Assembly: GCA_016748015.1 (NCBI GenBank)
Contig: JAAOMT010000531.1
Coordinates: 248,001-312,000, forward strand
From: Geosiphon pyriformis uo1
Taxonomy: Eukaryota > Fungi > Glomeromycota
Length of the DNA: 64,000 nucleotides
Direction: 5' to 3'
Positions 26,253-38,543 of this stretch are shown here, piece after piece (the first letter of the stretch is position 1; each line of letters opens with the position of its first letter). The position numbers and the translations under genes are program-made. A model generated the notes under the pieces. That model saw only the letters and a program-made list of their open reading frames with translations, searched no databases and was not told where the DNA came from.

Positions 26253-27806
26253 ATGCCAAAAAACGCGAACCAAAAGTGAGCAGCAATCTTCTTGGAAACT
26301 AAAAAGACTCTCTGCCAGTACAAACTAGAGCATTCTGACTACTCAGCAAATAGACTTATTAAAATATTTAATCTAAAAGTTGACCACTCCACTATAACAA
26401 AGATACTCATAAAATCAAACTGATGGATTGAAAAAAATGTATCTGACAACTCTGGTCAATTGACAAAGAACAGGAAAGAGATGTTTCCAAAAATAAATAA
26501 TGCACTGGGAGAATGGATGCTTGGAGCATTAGCTACCAACTGCATTCTTACTGGAAAAATTTTACAAACAAAAGCCCTCAAGTTTGCTGAAAAGTTTCCA
26601 GAAGAAAATAACTTTAAAGTATCAGATGGTTGGTTAGAAAAGTTCAAAAAACGTTATAATTTGCACCACATTAAGATGCATGGCAAAGCAAACAGTGCCC
26701 TCTTGAAAATTTTATCAGAAAAATGAGAGAAACTGCATGAGATTATTAGTAAATATGATCTAAATGATGTTTACAATGCTGATGAGACAGCATTATTTTT
26801 TAAAATGCCACCAAATGCAACTTTGGCAACAAGATCTACCTCTGGCACCAAGCATAATAAGAGTTAAATTACCATACTTCTTGCTTATAATGCAACAGGC
26901 AGCATCAAGTTGCAGTCTTTAATTATTGGCAAAACTGCAAAGCCATGATGTTTTCACAATATTAATATGAATGCACTTCTAATCACTTATTGTTACAATA
27001 TAAAAGCATGGATGTGAACTGATATTTTTAGTGAATAGCTTAATTTATTAAATAAAAAAATGTATCACAAGAAAAAAAAGATTTTGCTATTGCTTTATAA
27101 TACTGGTCCTCATGGTAGAGAATCTTCTATATTTTCTAATATTATGATTAAATATCTACTATCTAATACAACATCTTATTTCCAATCATTAGATGCAGGA
27201 ATTATTACATCCTTTAAGGCACAATACTGAAAGTTGTTTTGTTTCCATTTTATTAATCAGTATAATAGCAAGATTCCAATATCAACAGTAACATTAAAGA
27301 ATATGGTTAACTTTCTAATTAATGCATGGTCAGCAGTAACAACAACTACAATCCAAAACTGTTGGCGTCATATGGGAATTCTGAATAATAGTCAAATGTC
27401 AGCCCATCCATTAGATATTGAACAAGAACTCCTACAAGAAGTACAAGTTCTTATTGAGCATGTTAATATTGATAAGCTATTGGCAATAGACTTCATTAAT
27501 ATTAACAAGTTTGAACCATTATTCACTTATGCCTTAGAGAATGAAATTGTGGATCTTATTAACAACAAGTATAGTGAAAATTCTAATACAAATGAAGATT
27601 TAGAAAGTGAAAATGAATCTTTGCCTTTGCTATCTACACATCAAAATAAAATTGCACTTGAAGATACATTGCACTATTGTGAAGAGCAGTATAGTGAAAA
27701 AGTTGATTCAGACCTTTTTAAAACTTTGAGAACATTAATTCATAATACTGTTCTCAAAGTTCAAGAAGAAAAAAAACAGTTGCAAATAAATAGCTTTTTT
27801 AAATAA
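26253..27806 (+). pseudogene. CENP-B/pogo-like transposase (HTH, HTH_Tnp_Tc5, DDE_1), disabled by nonsense codons
   Basis: A single frame of 517 codons containing FKVSDGWLEKFKKRY, VYNADETALFF, KAWM, SNTTSYFQSLDAGII and AWSAVTTTTIQNCW. Confidence 0.92.
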
Positions 27807-28531
27807 ATTATATATAATTGATTATTATATTATGCATGTAATATATAGATCATGTGATAAGATATTAATCATTTTTTATAGTCCTATCTTTCTATAGGCA
27901 CCACAAATGTGCTGACCAAAAGGTATGATTATAAAGAGAGTTTACTGTATATATTACTGTATTTAATAAATATAATAATAACAACTAAAACACATAAAAT
28001 AAAAATCTATACAAACCAAAATAAAATTTTTACATAGTAATTTAAAAAATCAACAAAACATTACAAATAATAAAGTTTATAAAACACAAAAATAAATGAT
28101 TAAAAAATTTAATATTATTACAAAAAAAATACAGAATATTATAGTAATATTTATTATATAAGAGTTCAGATATTATATTAGTAAAAAATTAACCCAATTT
28201 ATATTTTTAATCAAATTTTGATTTAAAATCTTGACATTATAAATAGTTTTCCAATAAACATAATAAATTGTTTAAAAATTTTACAAACAAAATGTTTTGT
28301 ATTCTTTTTTTTATTAATATTTTACAAATAAGACCCAAATACCACCTAGCACAATATATCAAACTAAGTAATTTAAACTAGGTGCAAATTATATACTTTT
28401 TATATATGACTAGCCATTTAGATTAATCAAAGCAACACTATAAATTTATCTTAACAAAAATTACATAATCAATATTAAAAAAAAACTGCATAGTTTACAA
28501 GAACCAAAACTAATATTTTGTGTTTTTACAA

Positions 28532-29394
28532 TGTTATTCATAAAAAGAAAACAGATATAGAGAAATAGTAGACCAATAAGCAAATTGTAGGTAGCATGTA
28601 AGCACATTGCTCAACAATGTAGAACAATAACAGAAATCATAGCATATTGCTCAGCAATGTGGAACAATGTTAGAAAACATGATACATTGCTTAGCAATAT
28701 GAAGCAATGTTAGAAAATCAGGGCACATTGCTCAAGAAATCATAGCACATTGCTCAGGAATGTGAGCAATCTTGTAAAATATTAATTATGTATATATAGT
28801 AATAGTGTTAGAAGTAGAAAAAGCAGAATCCTTCTATCAAAGACCTCTCAGTTTAGATTTGATCTAAGCAATCTTCTATTCAAAAATATCAATAAATAAT
28901 TATTCATTATTTCAATCTACTCTTTACTATTAACACTTCATGTTAATAGTAATTAATACTTAACTATATTGGAACAATAGCTTTTGATCATGGTTATTGA
29001 CAGGATACTAATTTGCAATTGCTTTTGTTTATTTCTTTATCTTTTTTTATTTTCTTTTATTTCTTTTTGTTATTTCTTTTGGTTTTACTAAATTGATTAA
29101 GAATTAAGTGCTAAGATACAAATGTCATAAAGACTGGTAAAAGACCTGTAAAACAAGGGTAGAACACTCATAGATTTGAGGATAGCTTACCAGGAGGATT
29201 ACCAGCCACTATGCTGAAAAAAAATTTGACAGAATTGCAATTCCAGAAGGCTACTGAAAACAACTATTAAATTTCTGTCCATTATACAAAGAACTCCACA
29301 AAAAAACTTTCAGATATTAACACCAGAATACCAACCAATCACCAAGTTACAGATTTGTTATTTGACTTGAGACTTCAAATAATTATCTGTAATA
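28532..29394 (+). repeat. 5' LTR (family A), 863 bp
   Basis: TGTTA...GTAA(t)A; aligns to 37720-38543; TATA-like TATATATAG near 28790 and AATAAA near 28892. Confidence 0.95.
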
Positions 29395-29396
29395 TT

Positions 29397-29412
29397 TGGT
29401 GCTCCCTGTGAG
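29397..29412 (+). promoter_or_regulatory. Primer-binding site TGGTGCTCCCTGTGAG
   Basis: Lies 2 nt after the 5' LTR and begins TGG. Complementary to a tRNA 3' end ...CTCACAGGGAGCACCA (elongator Met or Ile(UAU)-like). Confidence 0.85.
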
Positions 29413-29419
29413 ATATAAT

Positions 29420-32400
29420 CCTACAGAGAACCAGCACCAACAACAATCATCTAAAAGTGGCAGAATTAGAAAACATAGAAGCAAATCATTTAGAATTCGC
29501 CAAATCCTTGTTTCAACAATACAGCCAACAATTAAGATTAAACAATAATCACTTCTCAGCAGAATCCATTTTTAACTTCTACATCAATGATAAAATCACA
29601 GACTGCTTAGGAGAAACAGTTAACATTGAATCTGCAAGGAAAAATTTCTATACAGAATTATTTTAACATACCAGCTTACCAAGAAATTACAGTTTTACAT
29701 CAATCATCAGGGAAATAAATCAAACCATTGAAAGATACACACAACAACAATTCCCCATTACTTATGCAGACAAAGGCAAAGGAAGGTTGCAAACACCAGC
29801 AGTAACACCAAAACAAATACAACTACCTACTTGGAAGAAAATCAGAGTTGAATTACCAACAAACCCATCATACCATTATATACTCAGAAGTGCCATCAAC
29901 ATTTCATTACTAGGCATGTCCACATCACATGCAACATCAACATTTAAACAGCTACCATTTCAAAGTAAACAAAAAAAAGCAGAGTTATTAGGAACTTATA
30001 ATGACTACTTTGAAAGATTTAAATCATGATTTCCAACACCATCAGAATTCTGATCACTGCCACTCCAACCAGATTTCGGAAATGCAAATCTCTAGAAGAT
30101 AATGGAATTAGAAGAAAAGGAAGAAGAAGAAGCCGAAGATCAGAAATTTACTTACCAAAACCCAATCCCAGAAAACCCAGACATTAAAACCTCAAACTTT
30201 CAGATACAGCAAAATCAAAATCCAGAAGTCAAAACTCCAAATATTCAACTACTGCCAAATCAGAATAATCAAAACCCCAACATAATTAATCAATACTTAC
30301 TTCTAATAATTGTGATCAATCCACCACCAGCTTCACCAAACACTGAACAACAGCAACAACCACAACTGCTACCTCAACAACAAATCCAGCAGTAACCACA
30401 ACAACAACCAATGGCTTACACTCCAATTGCCAAAATTGAGAAATTTACCAGCAAAGAAGATGATGCTCAAGTATGGCTCAATGATGTGGAAAAAGCCATC
30501 ACTGCCAATAGATGGAACAATGACAGAGCCCTTCAAGTGCCTATTTTCTACAAGATACTGCCAATTCGTGATATCAGAGTTTAGCCATTAAACTTCAACC
30601 ATTCCAGGAATTCAAAACTGCATTCTTGGAATATTTCAGTAATAATAACAGCATTAATTGCTTAGTTAACATCTTCACCACAATTAAACAAGGAGAAACT
30701 AAAGCAGTTACTACTTACTTGGGACATTTCCACAGAAACTTGCACCAAATTCAAGCAATCCAAGCTGACTATTTCACAGTACCACAGATCCTAAATCAGT
30801 TCATCCATGGACTGTGCAGTAGCCTACTCCAATGAATACACCCAATGCACTCCCAAACTCTCTAGGATACAGTCACCAATGTGAAAGATTTTGAATCAGC
30901 AGAACTTGAAGCAAATCATGTCCAAGCTGTTAATCTAGTAATGAATGAATCATCTGAATTGGATTCCAAATTAAAACAATTTAGTGATTTCATTAATCAG
31001 AAATTAGAGGGATACTTAGTTGACAATTGCACAATTTATCAACCACTCCAATGACGCAATAATTTAGGAATCACAAATTGCCCACAAAATCAGCCACATC
31101 TATCATTATTATCTAATCAGCTGTGGCAGCAAGAAATGCATATCTGCCACTACTGTGGTAAACAAAAACATCTAAGGATTGACTGTAAGCTAAGGATAGA
31201 TAACCAATGATTGGGAAATTAATATCAAAACTCTGATTGCCAGTTTCCAACTCCGAGTTACCAATTCAATTTAGCACCATATTAACTGACTTATCTGTCA
31301 ATGATGCAATAGCCAATATATCAACCACCCATATATCAACCTCCAGTTTATTAACCGCAGCCACTAATAATATATCAACCACCACAGCCACAAATAATTT
31401 ATCAGACACCCACAGTTCAAACACTGCTATCAAACCCAGCTCAAATGACATCAAGAAACCCTAGATTGAGAGTCATCTAAAACTGGAGATTGGCGATGGT
31501 TGTTTACCAACCAATTCCCAGTTCATCCAACCAGCTGTCCGGATTACGACAGCAGAGTTCAGGAACTGAGTATACTCAAAACCCAAGTTCCCAGAACTAT
31601 TTAAGTCTTCTGGTTACCCCAGAAGACACTTTATTCAACACCCAGGAATCCAAACAGAAGCAACCACTTACCAATATTCTGTCAGCCACTGTCACAGAAG
31701 ATGAGTCTTTAGCAGTTATATTTCCTTTTGAAATTGAGGAACTGACAGAAACCTCTTTGTTCAGTGAAGCCATACTTGAGGAAAAACCTATTATGGTAAT
31801 GTATACTGATGCCAAGATTAATGGTCAGTCTATCAAACTAATCTTAGATAGTAGATCAGTTGGCAGCATCATTACAAGACAGCTCATGGACCAATTAGAT
31901 TGCTGAGTTGATTGAGCTGTCAGTACAAGGATAATCACCACTAATGGAGCCACTAAAATGCCAATTAGTGAAATAGATGCCCTACCCATTGAAGTTAATG
32001 GCATCATTGTACCAATCAAGGTACTAGTCATGGAAGCCACTTAGTACTAAACACTAGTTGGCAACAACTGGCTGTCTAAAACCCATGTGACACTTGATTG
32101 GAACACCCAAGAGCTTCAGCTTAGTCAAAATGGCCAACACATATGTGTACCAGCTACATGTGATCACTTTAAGCCAATTACTATGCCAACAGCACCACTT
32201 ATCGAGTTCAAAAAAAAAGAAAAGAAACCTACCTGAGAAGCATATCAAGTTTCCTGAACCAACACAGAGCACAATGAACTGCCACCAATATCTTTGTAGG
32301 ACAAAAACAGAAAAGGAAAGCAGAGAAAAGAATGTATCTAGAAAGCTGACCAAGTCTGGAAAACCGACTTTGATTCAGAAGAACCAACAACTTGGAAATG

Positions 32401-35400
32401 GGATAAAGGAGAAAAAGGGAAGGGAAAAGCAAAGGCAGAAGAGTCACTATCAACTGCCATTTACAATACTTACACATATACACTATCACAATGATCAAGC
32501 TATTGTCAACCAAAGCTAATATGTGTTGATTGCAGCAAGAAATTGTTGTCAATAGGCACATGCTGTGGCAATGATAAGGAATACCAAATGGTGACCAAAT
32601 TCTACTGCCATATATGTGTCATAGAATACTTTGGACGACCAAGAAGACAAAAAAAATGGGACAATGAATCTTGCCTAGCTTGTGGGGAAACCTTACTCGA
32701 CAAAGGAATGTGGAATGACATTCCTGGTCAAGGAAGAATGTGTGATACTTCGTGCCAGTACATAATTCTTATTAGCAATTGGGTCAAAAAAGGGACACCA
32801 ATAGAAGTCATTTGGAGAAAAGCTGTACAGCAATTAGACAGTTGTCCACATGACGATGACGAGATATGGAGAATGGCAATGACCAAGATAGAAAGAACAT
32901 TACCTAAAGAAATCAGAAAAGTCAAAAACAACCCACCAGAACTCATAGAACTTGATTGGGACCCAGAACCAGTCATAAATCTTCTAGACCCAGAACAATT
33001 TTATAAATACTATCAGGAGTTAGCACTCACTAGAGAAGAGTAAGAGCAATGCCTAAAACAACTGAATACTCGACTATATTAACACTGCCTAATTCTCTGT
33101 GACTTTCAATATTGTAATAAGTGTGACCTCATTCACAATCCACCAATCTGCATGATCTACATGATCCCAGAGGGAGAAGAACCAATCAGCAGCTGTACAT
33201 CAGAATCAGAATCAAATTTCAACTCTAATTCAAACTCTGATAACAATAATAACAAAAACAATGGTTCCAGCTCTGCTTCAAATAGCAACAAAAATTATGA
33301 CAATTCAAACTCCGATTCAAACCCCAAAATATACATTGTGCTTCTTGATCTATTTAAGGAGCAGGAACTCAAATGGTATAGTGACAATAATGAAGGTATT
33401 ATATCAGAACATGTACATGATACTGATGCAGGATTTAATCTGAGATATTTGAAAAAAGATCTCATCAAATTGGAACCATATTTGTGTACATATATTGATC
33501 TTAAGATAGCACTGGAAATTTTAGCAACAACAATAGTTTAATTAGCATCTAGGAATAGCCTAGCAAAAAAAGGAATCAACATCAGAGGAGAAATAATTGA
33601 TGCAAGATACGTAGGAAATATTATTGCTATGCTACAAAATGATTCAGAAAAAGCATATACTATAGATCTAAACAAAAAAATAGCATAGGCAATATTCCTA
33701 CTTTTGGTGAAAATAGCTCAGCTAGTGTTAGTAGGAAACAGAGAAAAATTAGAAATTATTACTAGAAGGATACAGAAATTTGAATCAATAAGTAGAATAG
33801 ATATATCAGTTAATATGGCAGAGAAAGAGGTTATTAACAAAAGAGAAATTATCTCAACCCATTAATTAATCTCCATTCCACCATATAACCAGTATATGTT
33901 AGTCATAAAAAGAGAAGTAAAGAATCAAGCTTAATTGTTTGAAACAGAAGCCACTGTTTGCAAATCAGGAGAAATTGGACTCACTAATCTCTACATATTA
34001 GCCAAAAGCCCCAAAAACATCAAAATTCCCATCTACAACACAATGAGAAGTGTCATTGAAATACCAAAAAGAACTATCATTGGATATTTAACCACCAAAA
34101 TTGAGGATCAACTACTAAACCCCATTCCAGATTTATCACAGCTGTGTGGATATGTGGACATTACATTACAAACCATCTATAGACAAAGTGAATGTTATCT
34201 GCTCCAACCGGAACAATTGGAACAGATAAACATAAGAAATTTAGACCCACTTCAACAGATGCAACTAAAAATGTTACTCAGCAATTTCAATGACATCTTT
34301 GCCAGTGAAAACAAATTTGGCTGCACCAACATCATCCAGCATTAGATTAAGACTAAAGATACAATGCCAATTAAACAAAGAGTGTACAGAGTACTACCAG
34401 CTAGCCATGAGATCATTTGTCAAGAAATCAATCAGATGCTTAACAATGGACTAATTCAGCCATTAATGATTTCATAGTTATTACCAGTAGTACTAGTTTG
34501 GAAAAAGAATGGAAAGATCCATTTTTGCATAAATTATCAAAAATTGAATAGAGTAATCAAAGAAGATAGTTATCCAATTCCAAAGATTCAAGAATTATTC
34601 GATGTTTTTGGAGAAAATAAATAGTTCTTGACACTAGACTTAGACAGTGGTTACTAACAAGTAGCCATGGATCCAGCAGACAAAGAAAAGACTGTGTTCA
34701 CAACAAGAGAAGGGAATTTTGAATTTGAAGTCATGCCATTTGGCTTGATAAATGCACCAGCAACATTTTAACAGCTCATGGAAATTGTATATATTGGGCT
34801 ACTATGAAAATCAGTTGTCATATACTTAGATAACACCAATGTATTCTCAAAAATATTTGATAATCATCTGCATTATCTCCAACAAGTGTTTGAAAGATTA
34901 AAAAGAGCCGGATTGAAACTAAATGCAACCAAATATTTCTTTGAAAAAATGGAACTCAAGTTTTTGGGACATGTAGTAAGCAAAAATGGAATCAAAACAG
35001 ATCCAGACAAGATTAAAGTATTTAAGAACTTTCTGGTACCAACTGACTTGACAAAACTAAGAGCATTTTTGGGGTTTGCAGACTACTATCACTGTTTTAT
35101 CAAAAACTTTTCTAAACTAGCTCAGCCACTTCACCATCTACAAACCAAGAATGTGAAGTATGAATGAACCAAAGCTCAACAAGAAGCGTTCGACACACTA
35201 AGAAGAAAGCTTATCCAAGCTCCATTATTAATGTATCCAGACTACAGCAAACCATTCATAATCACCACTGATGCATTAAGCCAAGTGTTGGGAGCAGTAT
35301 TATCCCAGAGAAGACCAGATGAAAGAGAACATCCAGTAGCTTACACCAGTAGAAGCTTAAGTCTAGCTGAAAAGAATTACAGAATTCCAGCATTAGAACA

Positions 35401-37017
35401 CTTAGCTATCTATTGGGCTGTTACCAAATGAAAAGAATACTTGAGCCAAAAGTTTGATGTGTATATTGATCACAAAAGATTGACTTCAATTAAAAAACAA
35501 AAATTTGGAGATGATTATCATGTGAGATAGAAAATAGCACTATTACCATATATATTTACAGTACACTATAAAAAGGGAAAAAACAATGGAAGTGCTGACA
35601 GATTGTTGCGAATGAGACAAATCTAAAAACATTTTAACCCAAAAATATAACAAAAGATAAACATCCAAAAATACCAACAACTACAACATTATATAAATAC
35701 CCAATTGTTCAAAGAGAAATTATTTCAAAAGGAACAAAAAAACATAAAACAACAATCAAAATATTTTATCAACCATTAAAATATACTTTACTGGAAAAAC
35801 AGAAAGAATTCAAATCAACCAACCAGAGAAAAAAACAATATTATTCAACATACACTCAGACCCAACAGCAGGACATTTTCACAAAGAAGCAATCATGGAA
35901 AGAACCAAAAAAAGATATTATTGGCCATCAATGTATCCAGACATTATCTAATATGTTCAAAATTGTGATGCTTGTCAAAAAAAAGGTAGAACAAAACCAA
36001 ATGAACTATTAAGACCAATCAAAGTGAGACAACCATTTGATCAAATTGAAATTAATCTAGTCAGATCATTAACAATCATCAGTAGAGACAACAGATATAT
36101 TGCAGTAGCCATAAACTATCTCACTAAATGGCCAGAAGCAAAAGCAATTCAAAAAGCAGATGCAAAAACTGTTGTTAAATTTATTCATCAAGATTTGATT
36201 TGTCAACATAGATATCCAAAAAAACTATTATCAGATCAAGGAACTCACTTTGTGAATAGAACATTAGTAGAATTAAGTCAGAGATTTGGAATTAAAAGAC
36301 CATTATCATCACTATACCATCCACAAACAAATGGGTTAGTTGAAAAATTTAACAGAACATTGTATAAAGCAATCACCAAAATCAGTCAAAAAAATCAGGA
36401 CAAATGGGATTTGTTTATACTATTAGTATTATTTGCTTATCAGACAATAAAGCAAGACACTACACAAGCAACACTATTTGAATTAGTATATGGTAGAACA
36501 GCAACATTACCAGTTGAGATAAAAGTCACCACTTATCCAACAGAACCAATAACTGAAGACAATTTTCAAAAAACATTGCTAAAAAGAACATATAACTTAA
36601 TGAAAACATTAGAAAATAAATGGCAAAGAGCAGCTGATAATATCCAAAAGTCATAAAAAAAACAAAAAAAAAGACATAATAATCAACTACTAGACAAACC
36701 AGTTGAATTCAAGATTGGAGACAAAGTACTTTTACATTATACCAAAACAGAAAAACAATGGAGTGGAAAATTTGACCCCAAATAGGATGGACCATTTTAC
36801 ATAGAAAAAATTCTAGAAAATGGAGCTTATAAATTAAAATGGGACAACAAAATTTTAGCCAAAACAGCACATAGTAATCGACTGAAACCATATCACCAAA
36901 TAGTATTATCATCTACCAATAACATTCCACAATTAGGAGCACAATAAATACTAGTCCAACCAGATGAGATTTTATGAGATCTGGAACCAATCATAATCAT
37001 TAGACCAAACACGTAAA
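29420..37017 (+). pseudogene. gag-pol polyprotein pseudogene (apparently a single fused ORF)
   Basis: Gag zinc knuckle CHYCGKQKHLRIDC (~31145), protease LILDS(R)S...LVGNNWL, RT FCINYQKLN / [12 protein letters not shown] / YLDN, RNase H TDA..LGAVLSQ, integrase SDQGTHF..HPQTNGLVEKFN and a GPF module. Gag C-terminus to RH share one frame; frameshifts near 30540 and 35820. Confidence 0.92.
33400..33800 (+). pseudogene. dUTPase domain within Gypsy pol (between PR and RT)
   Basis: All five motifs in order, in the pol frame: DAGF(N)L, SR(N)SLA, G(E)IIDA(R)YVG, IA(*)A, R(R)IQ(K)F(E)S. The deviations are G>A/C>T changes from AGFDL, RSSLA, GxIDxGYxG, IAQ and RGxxGFGS. Confidence 0.9.
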
Positions 37018-37075
37018 ATCAAACAATAAAAGAGTATATAAAGACACAATATACGTGACAAAAGCAACCAAGAAA

Positions 37076-37705
37076 ATGGAAATACCAGATCATATTCACA
37101 TCATAGCTCAACAATTATTCCAAGCATTAAGTCAACAACTGTTAAACATGGAAATTATCATTAACAACCAAACAATCTGCTATCAAAATACCAAAAGAAA
37201 GACAAAGAATACATCATATCAGTGAGTACTAAAGAGTGAAAAAAACTGGTCAAATAACATAATAGAAAAAGTAAAGAATACTTTTGGGAAAATACCTATT
37301 ATGGCACCAACAGAAGAACTTACAAAAGAAAATTAGAAGCAATGGACAGAACAACTTCTAATATCATACTGTTACTACCAGTTAGGTTAAAAGTTGAATA
37401 TTCAGGAGTTATATATTAACAAATCCAAGAGAGTATTTAACCAGAACATAATACAGCAAATTGAAGAATTTATTAGAAAAAAGACAAACTTGACACTACA
37501 TGTAAGAACAATTTATTGACTGCACAACATATTTCAGAACTATTCAGAAATACTGTTATATGCTAACATGGAAACCATAACCATTAACCAATGGAAAAGA
37601 ATGAACAATATATAAGTAAAAGATGTGAAAAATAAAGTCGAATAAACAATACTAAAAAAAGAAGAGCTAATTCATAATGAAAATTTTGATAGAGCTCAAT
37701 ATTAA
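37076..37705 (+). pseudogene. Gypsy ORF3 (209 aa, unknown function) between integrase and PPT
   Basis: ATG to TAA in one frame (210 codons) with 7 internal stops, all explicable as CGA/CAA/CAG/TGG transitions. Confidence 0.7.
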
Positions 37706-37719
37706 AAAGAAGGAGATAA
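37704..37719 (+). promoter_or_regulatory. Polypurine tract
   Basis: AAAAAGAAGGAGATAA immediately before the TG of the 3' LTR. Confidence 0.85.
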
Positions 37720-38543
37720 TGTTACTTATAAAAAGAAAACAGATATAGGAAAATAGTAGACCAATAAGTAAATAGTAGGTAGTACATGAGCACATTGCTC
37801 AGCAATGTAGAGCAATGTCAGAAAACATGGCACATTGCTCAGCAATGTGAAACAATGTTAGAAAATCAAGACACATTGCTCAAAAAATCATAGTACATTA
37901 CTTGAGAATGTGAGCAATCTCATAGAACATCAATTATGTATATATAGTGATAGTATTAGAAGTAGAAAAAGCAAAATCCTTCCATCAAAGACCTCTCAGT
38001 TTAGATTTGATCTAAACAACTTTCCATTCAAAAATATCAATAAATAATTATTCACTATCTCAATCCACTTTTCACTATCAACATTTCATGTTGATAGTAA
38101 TTGATACTTAACCACATTGGAACAATAGCTCTTGATTACAGCTATTGACAGAATATTAACTTGCAATTGCTTTCATTTATTTCTTTATCTTCTTTTATTT
38201 TCTTTTATTTCTTTTTGTTATTTCTTTTGGTTTTACTAAATTGATTAAAAATTAAGTGCTGAGATACAGACATTATAGGGACTGGTAAAAGACCCATGAA
38301 ACAAGAGTAGAACATTCATAGATTTGAAGATAGCTTACCAGGAGAATTACCAGCCACCACACTGAGAAAAAAATTCGATGGAATTGCAATTCTGGGAGAC
38401 TACTAAAAACAACTATTAAATTTCTGTCCATTATACAAAAAACTCCACAACAAAATCTTCAGATATCAACACCAGAATACCAACCAAGCACCAAGTTATG
38501 GATTTGTTATTTGACTTGAGACCCCAAATAATCATCTGTAACA
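37720..38543 (+). repeat. 3' LTR (family A), 824 bp
   Basis: TGTTA...GTAACA followed by TSD ACAA; one ~40-bp U3 repeat unit shorter than the 5' LTR. Confidence 0.95.

Larger units (their letters stand above)
23689..27947 (+). mobile_element. pogo/Tigger-type Tc1-mariner DNA transposon with ~2.4 kb cargo
   Basis: TIRs (c>t)AGTGAACTTTCTCTATAGTC and reverse-complement CAGTAAACTCTCTTTATAATC, TA TSD on both sides, host LINE resumes after it, internal transposase present. Confidence 0.88.
28532..38543 (+). mobile_element. Full-length Ty3/Gypsy LTR retrotransposon (gag-PR-Cys-rich insert-dUTPase-RT-RH-IN, plus ORF3), inactivated
   Basis: Paired LTRs, 4-bp TSD ACAA, PBS, PPT, and PR-RT-RH-IN domain order. 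Confidence 0.96.

Noticed and set aside
28598-28770. Spaced palindromic repeats resembling a CRISPR array
   Set aside because: The spacers are similar to each other, the array lies inside both LTRs, the context is eukaryotic and there are no cas genes.
37076-37705. ORF3 as a retroviral envelope gene
   Set aside because: Too short, with no signal peptide, furin site/fusion peptide pattern or transmembrane helix.
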